A stretch of 64,000 bases of DNA from the NCBI RefSeq assembly GCF_018977255.1, contig NW_024704742.1, positions 18,974,001 to 19,038,000 of the forward strand, written 5' to 3'. The DNA is from Callorhinchus milii (lineage: Eukaryota). The notes under the pieces were generated by a model. That model was not told the DNA's origin. It saw only the letters and a list, made by a program, of their open reading frames with translations, and searched no databases. A program made the translations under genes and the position numbers. Of this stretch, positions 1 through 12,688 are shown piece after piece (positions within the stretch are counted from its first letter, which is position 1; each line of letters begins with the position of its first letter).

Positions 1-180
1 CAGCCAAGAAATTGAGTTTAAAATCCCGATGTGGGACTTGATTCCACAACCTTCTGATGAGGAAACTCTGAACCTTGAGGTGACAACTGCTGGAAAGCAT
101 TACTTGGTATCTGAGTTTGTGAACACTCATGCGTACATTCAGTGTATAAAATTTGGAATAGCACAGATAAGGCTGTAAAC

Positions 181-432
181 AAAACACAAAATACTGCAAG
201 ATGCTGGAAATCTGAAACTAAACGGAAGTCGCTGGGAACAATCAGCAGATCAGGCGGCATCTATGGAGAAAGGAAAGTGACTCAACGTTTCAAGTCCATA
301 ACCCTTTGTCAGAACTCAAAGTTCCAGTTCTGATGAAGAATTGTGGACCCGAATCATTGACTCACTTTCCTTTTCCCATAAATGCCACCTGACCTGCTGC
401 CTGTTCCAAGCGACTTCTGTTTTTGTTACAGA
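181..432. mobile_element. Penelope-like element remnant arranged as an inverted repeat (arms 211-316 and 326-432)
   Basis: Arms of about 107 bp are reverse-complementary. Motifs CTGATGAAG...CGAA and CTGACCTGCTG resemble vertebrate Penelope terminal repeats (from memory). Confidence 0.65.
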
Positions 433-1569
433 AAAGGTTGTGTTACTTTAAAGTAAGCCAAGGAAGTAAAATCAGAAGACACAAATATATGTCTATGAGA
501 AGTACATTTGAAACTGATAACAAAGAAAAACATCTGTTCAAAAAGAAATAAATAGTTGAAATGGTCTACTAGTGAATGTAATAAAGGCAAAAATATTTGC
601 GTTATTCAAAATAAAACTGGTGTTGCAATTTTCTAAGATAACCTCAAGTTTATCTTACGGTATTCTGAAAAGATAAACATGCAAAATGTTGCTTTTTTAT
701 TTGACTAAATAAGAAGACCCATTGTCATAACATTAGGCTTGATTTTCTACTTTACTGTTTGAGTTTTAATCTTGTCACAAGTGTGTCTGATATTGAAAGG
801 TGAAAAAGAGCTTTGTTCTGTTGTAAACAGCTGCACTGAGGAGAAAACTAAGCCCATTGTTGCTTATTCTCTCTATGGAGGTCATCACTGTCTGCACTGG
901 ATTATGTACGATATAACCAGTCTCACTGGCGGAGGGAAGGGGAGGGGGGACACATTTCTTTGTAAGCTTTTTTCTGTCGTCAGCTAAAGTCTTCCAGTTT
1001 TCATATGTTGCTGCAGGGTGTTATTCCAAATTTAAAACAATGTTTTAAATGCTTATTCCCTCTTACATCTGATGGCGAACAATTTATCATTGGCTATGTG
1101 CATGGAAATAATATTGATTATGCAGACCTTGATATCGGTAGTCTGTCCATGACAGATCCTCTCGATTCCCTCTCCCCTCCTCCAAGCCCCCCAAGAGTCC
1201 CTCACAAATGCCCTATCATCCTTGGATCTTCTCTTCCTCTGGTCTTCCACCTTCAACAATACTGAGACAACCACCAAACTGCTAAATGATCGTCTTTCAA
1301 TTATCTTGCCCCCCTGAAATCCAGGACCATCTCCAAATCCACTTCAGCGCCCTTAAATAAGAGCCATTTCCGCTCCCTTAAATCCCAAACCCAGACCCTC
1401 CATCACAGCGCTCATCAATGTCACAAATGGCGTCCTCTCTGAATGTGACCAGAGCTCTCTCTGCCTTCTAGTTGTTTGTTGTTGTAATAATAATAAGCTT
1501 TGCATTATGAAATAGTGCCTTATCACAAAATTGAGATGTCTCAGAGTTTCATAGGATATGCTGTTGAGC

Positions 1570-2400
1570 AGTGTGACTGTGTAAAGTGTCGTGACTATGT
1601 GTAAAGGGGTTTGATTGTGTAAAGTGGTATGACTATGCGTAAAGTGGTAGGATTGTGTATAAAGTGGTGTGACTTTGTGACTATGAGAGCCATTCCTTCT
1701 GCCTTGGAAAATATTGATTTAGAGTGCTGTGACTCTGTAGAGTGCTGTGACTGTATAAAGTGGTGAGATTGTGTATGAAGTGGTGTGATTGTGTATGCAA
1801 TGGTGTGATTATTTATAGTGATTGGTGTGATTATGTGTACAGTGGTGTGATTGTGTGTGCAGTGCTGTGATTGTGTGTACAGTGGTGTGATTGTGTGTAC
1901 AGTGGTGTGATTGTGTGTACAGTGGTGTGATTGTGTGTACAGTGGTGTGATTGTGTGTGCAGTGGTGTGATTGTGTGTACAGTGGTGTGATTGTGTGTGC
2001 AGTGGTGTGATTGTGTGTGCAGTGCTGTGATTGTGTGTGCAGTGGTGTGATTGTGTGTACAGTGGTGTGATTGTGTGTACAGTGGTGTGATTGTGTGTAC
2101 AGTGGTGTGATTGTATTTACAGTGCTGTGATTGTGTGTACAGTGGTGTGAATGTGTATAGTGGTGTGATTGTGTGTACAATGGTGTGATTGTATTTACAG
2201 TGCTGTGATTGTGTGTACAGTGATGTGAATATGTATAAAATGACTTATTTGTGTTTAAAATGGTGTGACTGTGTGTACAATGGTGTGATTGTGTGTACAG
2301 TGGTGTGGATGTGAATAAAGTGGTGTAATTGTGTGTACAGTGGTGTGATTGTGTGTACAGTGGTGTAATTGCGTGTAAAGTGATGTGATTGTGGGTACAA
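1570..2400. repeat. Minisatellite with 20-bp unit AGTGGTGTGATTGTGTGTAC
   Basis: Near-perfect units at about 1838-2110 with degenerate flanks. It explains the repetitive ORF 1809..2405. Confidence 0.95.
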
Positions 2401-2559
2401 AGCAACGATAGGGACTCTCTCCAGACTTCAGACCTGCAGACCCTGCAAGTTGCAGGTGCAGTCGCTGACTGAGTGCAGCCCCATATTCAAGAAGTGACTG
2501 TTGATGCTCAGGAGTCCAATGCACAGCCACCAGAACAACTTGTGCAATGGGATCTCCTT

Positions 2560-3560
2560 AACGTGTGCACGTTGGGTCGGGAATACCGGCCTGTAACTGG
2601 TGTGAAAGATACAGACAGCGCTTTGCTGTTGAATTGGGGAGCAGCCGGTGGGCAACGGTGTAACAAGCAAAACAGTGCAACCCTTTTCATCAGGAGGTGT
2701 TGACGCTCTTTGGTCTTTTTTTTAAAAAAATGCATTGATTTATTTCAATATATATATATATATATGCATACATTGCCAGGCTGGCAGGAATGGCTGGCCA
2801 TCAGAGAGGTGGAGGCGATCAGCAACTTTGACTTCTCCAGTGATTTATTCATTCCTTTCCCAGAAGTGGGTCTGTGCAACTGCGCATGTAGAGAGTGCAT
2901 TGCACAGAGCATCCCTCCATCTTGAGAAACAGTGTTATTGACCCCCCCCCCCCCCCCCCACACACACACACAGATATATATATATATATTGTATGTATCT
3001 GTGGATCTATGCTAAAAAAAAAAGGATCCTATCTGTGCCTGGTGACAGCGGGTCAGCAATGCAATCAGACCATCACTGACTGAAGCCGCATCTCGCAGCC
3101 GCTGCAGTGAGGGTGAGCTGCTGATGGTGTGAAGCACTGACTGCACCGACACTGAACTGCACCGACTGGGTGATGGGTGTCAAACACACGGCGCAGCACA
3201 CGCTGGAACCGTTCAAACCGGATCGCCTTCAGAACCTTTCGCATTGAGGACCGCGGTGAGTAGGAACCATATATGTGCATATATTTATTTTTACATATAT
3301 GCATATTTATATATATGCACATATATAAAAATAACGCCCTGGATGCTAAGTGATGCTGTATGGGATTTGGAACCAGAGAGAGAGTTATGGCCAAGGCGCT
3401 ACCCCCCCCCCCCCCCCACTCTCTCTGAGCCTTTTTTGCTGGGTTGTGGTGCTGAGGCCAGAGCATCAATTCCTGCAGCATCCTCGGAGGATGCGGCTGT
3501 TTATCCGAACCAAACCTGCAAAATGTTCGTACCTCTGCGAAGAAAAATAATGCTGCAATC
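2560..3560 (+). promoter_or_regulatory. glrb: CpG-enriched putative promoter and non-coding exon 1 (donor CCGCG|GTGAGT, exon end 3255)
   Basis: Local CpG/GC enrichment in AT-rich DNA about 1 kb upstream of the ATG exon, with a strong donor GTGAGT at 3256. Mammalian GLRB has an untranslated first exon. The transcription start cannot be placed. Confidence 0.55.
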
Positions 3561-4311
3561 GGTTTCAACTGCATTGCACCCCCTGATCTCTTTTGATCTT
3601 CCTTTTATTGTGACACTCACTGTGCGTGCCTTCCCCCCCCCCCCCCAACATAAATCCTCAATGTTTAAACGTGCATCTTTTCGACTTGTTACTGATTTTG
3701 TGTTTTTTTTAAAAAGAATAAATACACGAGATATTTAATCCAAAGTGTTTTGTGAATCTTAATTTCTTAACAATTGGGGTCGGAAAACTGTAAATCCTGC
3801 AGCAGAGATTGCAATTGAGAGGACTCGATTGATGCAATAATTAACTCAATCGCAATCTCAATCACATTATTACAATGAGGAGTGATTTAAAGGTGGATGT
3901 GCCACAGGAAAATCCTGTGCACCTTTTAGTAATAATCCTTGCATTTGATATAGCGCCTTAGCACATCGTTGAGACATCTCAAAGCGCTCGACAGAACATA
4001 TTGTAAAGTGGATCAGCCTGTATGTCCGGTGAGCAGCATTGTACCTCGGTGATGATGTTTGTTGGATTAGGAGGAGGGGGCAGCAAACAAACCTTGTGCT
4101 TTGGGAATTCCATTCTCATACCCATGCTCGGTATCCCCACATTAACACCCTGACTTGCACTGACTCCCACAGATGATGGGATCGGTTTAGTGTTTCTTTG
4201 TTTTGTCATTTGCTGAATGAACCTTACATAAGGATTTATCCTTTGCAGCTAACCAATGTGTTTTTGTTTTTGGTTCCAGATTAATTTTGCGGTGGATTAA
4301 TCAATTTCAGG

Positions 4312-4427
4312 ATGAAATTGATCAAAGCGTCTTTCCTCTTTGTCATCTTCTGCTTTTGGATTGAAGAAGGCTCATCCAAAGATTCAAAGAAAGCCAAGGC
4401 GAAAAAGAAGCAATACCTATGCCCATC
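4312..4427 (+). CDS. glrb: glrb coding exon 2: signal peptide and N-terminus MKLIKASFLFVIFCFWIEEGSSKDSKKAKAKKKQYLCP(S)
   Basis: Acceptor ttccag at 4279 (alternative ttcag at 4310), ATG at 4312, donor TC|gtaggt. The KKKQYLCPS motif matches GLRB. Confidence 0.95.
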
Positions 4428-5601
4428 GTAGGTTTTCCTTTCATTATATTTATTGTTAAAATGTGTATTTAACTTTAGATAAACTCCGAAGTCTCAGATT
4501 GTTTTGCCTTTTCCCAAATGCAGTGCCAATTTCACCCACAAATATACGGTCAATTCACTTTACAGCCTATTCTGTGAAGCGCTTTGAGACGTCGAGAAGA
4601 CGTGAAAAGCGCTATATCAAATGCAAGGATTAATATCATTATTATTAGAATTCCATATAATGGAAGAAGGAAGACAGAATCATTTAGGATAAGTTTTGCC
4701 TTTTAAAAATGTATTAGTCTGACACATGTGGAAACCCATCACCATGCTTAAGAGTATTCCAACCAAACTGAGAATTCCATGCATCCCACCTACACATGGA
4801 AATTCTCATCTATTGGAACACTCTGAGGTGTCTTCACCTGCATGTTGCAGCTTGATTCAATGTTAGAGTGTTACACAGAGTTGGGAGTTCGGACTGTCAT
4901 TCTTCCTCTGTCTTCTCATCTTTGCCTTGTTCTTGTCCTTCCTCGAGCTGAATGCTGAGGTAAAGGATAGGCAGCGATCCCACCAGCAGCGATCCCACCA
5001 GGAGCCTGAAAAAAACAAGTGAGAAGCACATCTGCAAGGTTCTTTAACAAAGCAGATATTCTCTATTGAACATCATTCCACAGATAACCCATAGCATGTA
5101 TTCCACAAGGTAAAGCTAAACGACCATCAGAAACAGAGTACCTGATCGTATATCACTCCAAAAAACTCCATCTCCTTCTCTTCCTCTAAGGTGGGAACTA
5201 GTGGTGCTACCTTCTGCTCCACCACCATCCCTTCCTGCTGCAAGTAGAACCCACCAATCCCCCATTATTGAAACTGATTGTGCTCCATCTTAAAATTTCT
5301 TTAAAAAATGGTCATTTACTTCATGGCCGTTCGTGGGATGTTGCTGTGCACAAATTGACAGCTGTGCTACCCTAGACACTCACTACAGTTTCCAGAAAAC
5401 TCTGAAGTGTTTTGAGTTGTTTTGACATGATAAGGCTATATATCAAATGCTAGAAATAAAACATTGGCAAATTTGTCCATGATTCCAGTCCATTACCATG
5501 AGCTAAATGCAATGATAAATCTAAGTCTATTTTTATCCCTTGGAAATCCCTAAGTGTATTTTTATCCCTAGTAATGTGTTCAATTCTCAGAATAAGGGGT
5601 A

Positions 5602-6091
5602 TGTCCTGCCTTATCCCCATACCCCTTCTATGGGGATAAGGCAGGGCAGTATAACCCTTATTCTGAAGCATAGCATAACAACAATAACAACTTGGATTCA
5701 TATAGTGCCCTCCATGCCAGACAGGGTCTCAGAGAGCTTCAGAGTAACGGATCCTGGGGCCGAGCCAGGGGGAGGGGGAAGAAGGTGACCAAAGGCCAAA
5801 GGCCCCAGGCTCTGGATCTCCCTTCCTCACTCCCTTCTCCTCGTCCCTTCTCTTCCTATTTTCAGGTCTTGGCTGAAGACCTTTCTTTTTGACCGTGCGT
5901 TTGGTCACCTTCTTCCCCCTCCTCCTGGCTCGGCCCCAGGATCCGCTACTCTGAAGCGTTCTGAGACGCCGTCCAGCGTGGAGGGCGCTATATAAATCCA
6001 AGTTGTTGTTGTTGTTATGCTATGCTTTAGAATAAGGGGTATACTGCCCTGCCTTATCCCCATAGAAGGAGTATGGGGATAAGGCAGGACA
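5602..6091. repeat. Inverted duplication (192-bp arms) around an L2 3' fragment
   Basis: 5602-5793 is the reverse complement of 5900-6091 at roughly 90% identity. The spacer and right arm carry the L2 ORF2 end (LKTFLFDRAFG) and a (GTT)n tail. Confidence 0.9.
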
Positions 6092-6489
6092 GTATTACAG
6101 GAATGAACACCTTGCTCTGAGAGCTGGTGCAGACTTGATGGGCCTCGTGGCCTCCTTCTGTCCTGTGAATTTCTATGGGTCTAAGGCATTGATACCAGCT
6201 GGGATACATTTCCACAGGTATCAGAAACCAGCTGGGTGTCTCATCAGGTATGAGCTCAGAGGAGTGTCGACAGGCTCTCCAACCATGGATGTTGCTTGTC
6301 CTGATCCCTGACTGTTCAGAGCCTTGGGATGCCCTCCCGACATGAAAGGCTCTTTACAAATGTAATTTTATTGTTGTTGTTACTGTGTTTCTGCTTGGAT
6401 CAGACACCAGCTAAAAATGCAGCAAGAAATGCAGACTATCACAGCCAAGTCTGATTCTAGATTCACCGAAGCATAGTATCAGATTGACA

Positions 6490-6900
6490 TAATTAGTAGC
6501 TCTCTCTCGCCTCTGGATCAGAACGTTATGACTCCCAAGCCCACCTAGGATCTGATTTCATAGTCAAGGCTAACTTCTCAGTGCAGTACCAGAGTAGTTC
6601 TGCAAAGTTGGAAGTGCCGTTGACTCATTGGATGAGTTGTTAATCTGAGGTCCCCTCTTTTTGTTCAGGTGAACATTAAGCATCTTGTGATGTATTTTGA
6701 AAACAGAAGAGAGTTTCTCCCAGTGTCCTGACCAGCAAGACTCCTGACGAGTTTGTTATTCATTACAAAGCTGTTTGTGATAAATTGCCAGCAGTATTTG
6801 CCTACACGTGAACAATCCTGACTTGTGATAGCAATTACTTGTGAAGCACTTTGTCATTTTTAAGTTATCTATACTATATCAAACGCAAGGATAATTATCA
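6490..6900 (+). mobile_element. Deu-domain SINE, old and degenerate
   Basis: tRNA-like head, GGCTGACACTCCAGTGCAG-type core, GCTGTTTGTG..., tail TATATCAAACGCAAGGAT. Similar copies recur across the window. Confidence 0.6.
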
Positions 6901-8699
6901 CTAGATACAGTATTTGTATAACTGCCAACAATTAGGCGTGAGAACCCTAGCTGATCTTGTTTCCTTCAAATTAATGCCCTTTGCGTCCTACCACAGCCAG
7001 GCTGAGATGATCAAAGTGATACAGTGGGGTCTGAGCTCGAAATGCCACAAAACGATTTGTAACCAGCAAATTCCAGATGTGCCGCAGCCAACTGTTTGGA
7101 ACATCAGTCGGAACTGAGATCGATATCCTAGCAGAGTTCCAGTGGTTTAGCCACAACACATCTGGAATTTGCCAGAAATTTCTGTAATTTAGATCCCAGT
7201 ATTTGTGCAGCAAGTGGACCTGATCTGTATTACACCTAATCTTGGAGTGCTTGAAACTAACTGGATGTTATGTTCCATTTACTAGCACCAACACCTCTCA
7301 CTTGGAACCACACAAAACAACAAGAAATTGGAAATAACTTAACAAAAAAAGTATGATTTCAGTATATAATACATGAATTTACATTAAATATTTAAATAAT
7401 AAAAATATAATTTGACTATGAATTAACACTACTCAGACACAGAATATTTGGCAAGGTACAGTTGAATGCACAGTAGGATCTTTGCTGTTTTAGACAATGG
7501 AGAAAAATGTCTGGAATATTTAAAATGCTCACTTGGCAAGATTTACAGAATAAAACCCCATGAAAGTACCCATACAGACTTAAATTGTAAGTGGTGGCAC
7601 AAGATACCGACAATTGTTTTTTCCCCACAAACATCAACTAACATGTGGAATAAACTCCCAGCTAAAGCAGTTGATACTCTCAATTCAATCCTTGAAAAAG
7701 AGAACTGGATAAATATCTATTTAGGAATAGGCCTGGAGGTAATAAGGATAAACAGACAGAAATCATCAAATACTCCATGGAACATGATGCATGATGTTTC
7801 TGAAGCTTTATAGATCGGAAGAGTAACAGCTAGAATGGGTAACCAGGAAGGGTGGTGGTGGCTAGCTGGACAAACTAATTTGTTATAATAATCCTTGCAT
7901 TTGATATAGCACCTGATCATGTCATTGAGAGTTTTTAAAGCGCTTCACAGAATATATTGTAAAGTGGAGTGACTGTGTATTTTGTGGGTGAAATGCATAA
8001 GCAGCATGATTCTGCAATGGAAAGGAGGATGAGATCAAATGAGCCAATGTACCTTCTGGCTGTAAACCTCTCTCTTACCCTTGGAAAATAGAAGTCAGTC
8101 CAAACACCACAATTGGTTATAGATGAGTAATATACAATGCTTCATTTATTCTGGAATTTTTCCTGGTTTGCATTGGAGGATGGAGTGGGGTGGTTTGGGA
8201 AGCGCAACTCCTCATAATTGAAAGCAATTTTCCAATCTGTGATAAATGACCTTGACAGGCAAGTTGTGGTGGTGTTCACATTGCAAAGGCTGGTGCCTTT
8301 ACTGACTTATGGAGAATCAAGGTTAGTAGTTGCCCATCAAGGTCAGTAGTTTTCCCCCGACATGTAGTGAATAGAGACAACTGTGTATAGTCTATGGAAA
8401 GAATGGACTCAGTGGACCAATTCACCTTGTCTTGGGTTAAGGTTTCTTATATTCTCATTGTTCTGGTGTGTTGATTTTAAAAATGAATATCCTTGGGATA
8501 TATGGCCCAGCACCAATTATGGATTTGCTTGCATTGTGTTACCTGTAATCACTTTGAGAGTAATGAAAACATCCAATTAAAAAGTACAGTATGTTGGTAG
8601 ATGTTGCTACATCCACTAATATACCAGTTATACATTAATGTGCAACTGAGAGGAGAGAAGAATGTTTTCTGTGGAAGGAAACAAGTCAGATTTGCCTAA

Positions 8700-9470
8700 A
8701 AATAGGAGCATAGGGAAACTGGGACAGGAGGAGGCCATTCAGGCCACTGAGGTTGTTCTACCTGTTTATTAGATTTTGACAGATCTCTTAATCACAATAC
8801 CCCACCTTTTCACCATATTCACTCCTTAATACCTTTGCTGCACAAATATTTCTTTATCTCTCTCTTAAACAACTCTATTGATTTCACCGTTGCAGTTTTC
8901 TGGGTCAGAGCATTCCACAACTTCATTACTCTGTATGAAGAAATGGTTCCTGATCTCAGTTCTCACTGTTATAGCTCTGATTTTAAAGATATGCCCCTTT
9001 GTAATGGATCCCTTTACCACAGGGAATACTTGTCTACTGTCCTGTAAATTCCTTTCATTATTATAAATACTTCCATCAATCACCCCTTAGCCTCCTCTGC
9101 TCTAAGGAATATAATCTCAATACACCCAGTCTTTCATCATAACTAAAACCCATTCAGGGATTAATTCAGTGAACAATCAATGGACACCCTCCAAGTCTTC
9201 CTTGCATCCTTCCTAGATTGGATGTCAGTAAATGAATACAATACTCCACATGAGGTTGGACCAGCACTCTAGGTAACTGGAGAAGTACCTCCTTACTTTT
9301 TATATTCTAAACTTCTAGTAATACACAGCAGCATTCCATTTGTTTTATGTATTGCTTTCTGCACCTGTGAACTAGATTTTAATGATTTTAATGATCTCTA
9401 GATCTCTCTATTTATCTGCCAGACTTAGTGCTTCCTACCTAGAACATACCTCCAACGTATATTTCTCTGT
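8700..9470 (-). mobile_element. CR1 LINE 3' fragment
   Basis: CATAGG...GGAGGCCATTCAGG 3' end and degenerate ORF2 C-terminal motifs (NHFFIQ..VVECSD, similar to CR1 FFTQRVV..WN). Confidence 0.7.
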
Positions 9471-11399
9471 TCGGAGTGTGGCGCTGATCCCTGACTGTCC
9501 AGCGCCTTGAGACATCCTCCTGACGCGAAAGGCACTATACAAATGTCATTTGTTGTTGTACTACCTCAAACTGTCATAGTAATACTCCACTTGCTTAATC
9601 TGTCTATTCTTTGGCATTTCTCACCTGTCCTTTTCACAATTTATACCTTCTATGTTACTGTCACCTGCAAAGATAGAAATAGTCCCCTCTGTTTTTGTAC
9701 CAGAGTATTTATATGCAGGATGAAAAAATGAGACTTCACACTTTTCCCTAAGGACAATTCTTCACTTGTCACTGCCTGACAAGAGATAACTCTATGGGGA
9801 TAGATTAATATTTTCAAATTTATATTTGACTGGCTTGTGAATAAAGGAGTATCTGTTTCGGACTTTCATCTGCAAGTCTGATTGGTAAAGTCTATGATTG
9901 AGTGGGTTTTCCGTGGTCTGTGGAATGGAGTTTGATGAGTTGACTAGCCTTTTTTCATTCCATGCTTTCTTATATCAGACATGGCAATAAAATATCTTTA
10001 ATAGCTTCAGAGCTCCTGAATGGGAAAAATCCAATGGGAAAAACCAGCCAAGGTTTCCCACTCCTGATTGCTATCCAGTAATCCCCACTAGACAGTGCTC
10101 TTGTGTGGACTTTGGACAACAATAGGATTGAGTTCAGTTTTGATTACTGACTTCTTTTTGCCTTGTTCCGTATCTAATATTTTTGAATCCTGTTTCACTT
10201 GCTCCGCTTTTAAATATATTCTTCACGCATTCAAGCCACATAATTAGATTTTCTACTTGCTGATATTATTTCAGTTTTCTCTTGCTGAATTTCTGTAAAT
10301 CTGTTATTGGTATCAGTCTGCAAGTGTTTGAAGCAGATTTGATAATTTCCCATCATTCGTAGAGATTACTATCATAATTAATGTGCCATTTATCCTGAAC
10401 CCAACTCTGCTTGGACAAGTTTTTCATTTAGATCTCATAGGCTTCCCTTATCTAATTATCCTGGGTGAGACAGAGTTTATCCTGTTTGCTTGATCTTCTT
10501 GGGTTGTATTCTCAGGCCGGTGATATACAGATGCCTGAAGCATAATTATGGCTGAGCTTCTTAGATACTCATAAACCTTCTCTGCCTTCCTGATGCAAAT
10601 GGTGCCTTGTTTTCCTACAAAGTCATTGCATTTTACAGGAAATCCTGTAGCGTGCCGTGAGACACTCTCCTATTGTAAAATGTGCTATATCAAATAGAAG
10701 TATTACTAGTCTTATTGTTGTTCCTCTACTGCACAATATTCCACATGTATTTGTGAGATGATTTTTGTTGTTTAAATGCTGCATATTTTAGACCCTTGTT
10801 CTGCACTGGTTTAGAAGGACTAACTATGTTTGCAGCGAAAATAAAAATAGGAAGCATTGACATTTAGAAGCGAAAACATACAATTATGTTAAAGCCTCAG
10901 AGCTTTAACTGTTTCCATTCATATTCTGTGGTCGCTCATTTTGTATACTATCAGCAACTCATGTAATTTGTATTTACAATGGTGGACACACTGTCCTGGA
11001 GGCTATGATATTTCAATCTTAAATCTCCTAAAGTATGTTTGTACTCTATTCTATTTATTGCCTCTCTATCCTGCCAGTTCAGGTCTGCTCCTCATCTGTT
11101 GTTCCATTCATTCCACCAACAGTAATAATAATAATATTATATAATCTTTGGATTTGATATAGCGCCTTGTCACATCTTCGAGACATCTCAAAGTGCTTCA
11201 CAGAATATACTGTAAAGTGAATTGATTGTATATCTTGTGGGCGAAACAGAAGACAAGCATTCAGCTCCAAGCAATCTTAGCCCTGCGCTCAGGAACTCTA
11301 CCCAGATCCTTCTGACTCATCTGTAGGCAGGGATTCTTCCCACTCAGTTCTTGCAAGCCAAAGCCCTAATAGGTAGGGTGGTCATAGCTGTGCACTAAT

Positions 11400-12003
11400 G
11401 ATTTCTCCTCTAGCCCTCACACTGTCACGTGTGGCGTCCCTCAGAGCTCTGGCCTTGGTCCCCTCCTCTTCAATATATACACACTCCTGCTCGGTGATGT
11501 CATTTGCAGGTATGGGGCCAATTTCCACATGTATGCGGATGAAACCCAACTCTATCTCGCCGCCTCCACACTCAACTCCAGGATCCCTGGCTAGTTGTCT
11601 GTCAGACGTCAAGTCCAGGACGAGAGCCAACTTCCTCCAGCTTGGCTCCTATCAGCGCCTCCTCACTGACAGTATCGCTATTCACAGTAGCACTCTACAC
11701 CTCACTAAGCCAATATGGAACCTGGGTGTCCTGTTTGACTCTCAGCTACCCTTCAAACTCCACATTCATGCCGTGACCCTTTCCACCTTTTCCCACCTCC
11801 GCAACATTGCCCGCCTCCACCACTGCCTCTCACCGCAGGTCACCGAGGCCCTTATCCACACTTTCATCACATCCCAGCTTGACTATACCAACTCCCCAAC
11901 TCGCTGGACTTCCTAACTCTTCCCTCCACAAGCTGCAGATTATTCAGAACTCTGTAGCTCGTGTCCTCTCCCGCACCAGGCTCCGTGAACCAATCACCCA
12001 CAA
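11400..12003 (+). mobile_element. L2 LINE ORF2 fragment (RT C-terminal region)
   Basis: Translations NLGVLFDSQL, HLRNIARL, LIHTFITSQLDY, KLQIIQNSVAR; frameshifted YADE motif. Confidence 0.9.
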
Positions 12004-12174
12004 CCTTCTGATTGAGAGTTGACAGTGCTGCCAATTGAGCCCGGCTGACACCTAGTCCGAATCACTGTCATATTGACCTCTTTGGAATCATAGTGCTTCA
12101 TCAGGTGGTGACACCCCTGCATTGCATTACAAACCTCTGGAATTCAGGTTTCCCATGCCTCCCTTAGTTTAAAT

Positions 12175-12688
12175 AATAATAACAATATTCCTTGCATTTG
12201 ATATAGCACCTTATCACGTCTTCGAGACGTCTGAAAGCACTTCACAGAATATACTGTAAAATGAATTGACTGTATATTTTGTGGGTGAAACACCACAGTG
12301 AATTACACACAGCAGTGTCCTACAAACAGTCGTGAATTGAGTGACCAAATTTAATATTTTATTTTTATTGTTGTTTTAGCAACAACAAGATTACATTTAC
12401 ACAGTGCCTTTTACGTCGGGAGGACGTCCCAAGGCACTGAGATTATTTTAAAGGGATTATTACCTCTGGAAAAGCGATCCGCCACTCAACTATCAACAGG
12501 GTTCCTACTTCCTGCTAGGTAAACAGAGGCGTATGGAATACACACTCTCGCGTAAAGGGTGCTATGTAAATCCAAGTTGTTGTAGATGAGTAAGGAAACT
12601 TACCCAATGCTTTATCTTCCCTGGAATCGAACCCAGGTCCTCACGTTTGCGAGGCAAATGCTCTAACTATTGAGCTATGGGACTCCAC
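12175..12688 (-). mobile_element. tRNA-headed SINE, long form, interrupted by two short L2 tails (~12379-12440 and ~12537-12584)
   Basis: A and B boxes, CTCTGTTTACCTAGCAG segment, CTGTTTGT(A)GGACACTGCTGTG body, TATCAAATGCAAGG tail. Confidence 0.8.

Noticed and set aside
1005..1265. 86-aa ORF as an upstream gene
   Set aside because: No recognisable domain or splice context; adjoins decayed L2-like sequence (~1250-1470).
1809..2405. 198-aa His/Thr-rich ORF
   Set aside because: Translation of the 20-bp minisatellite.
3269..3326. 16-bp inverted repeat just after the exon 1 donor
   Set aside because: Low-complexity (AT)n-derived sequence, self-complementary by composition.
3110..3460. REST/RE1 sites near the promoter (minus-strand TCAGCACCAC at ~3447-3456; TTCAGAACC at ~3228)
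   Set aside because: Only left half-sites, with no correctly spaced GGACAG.
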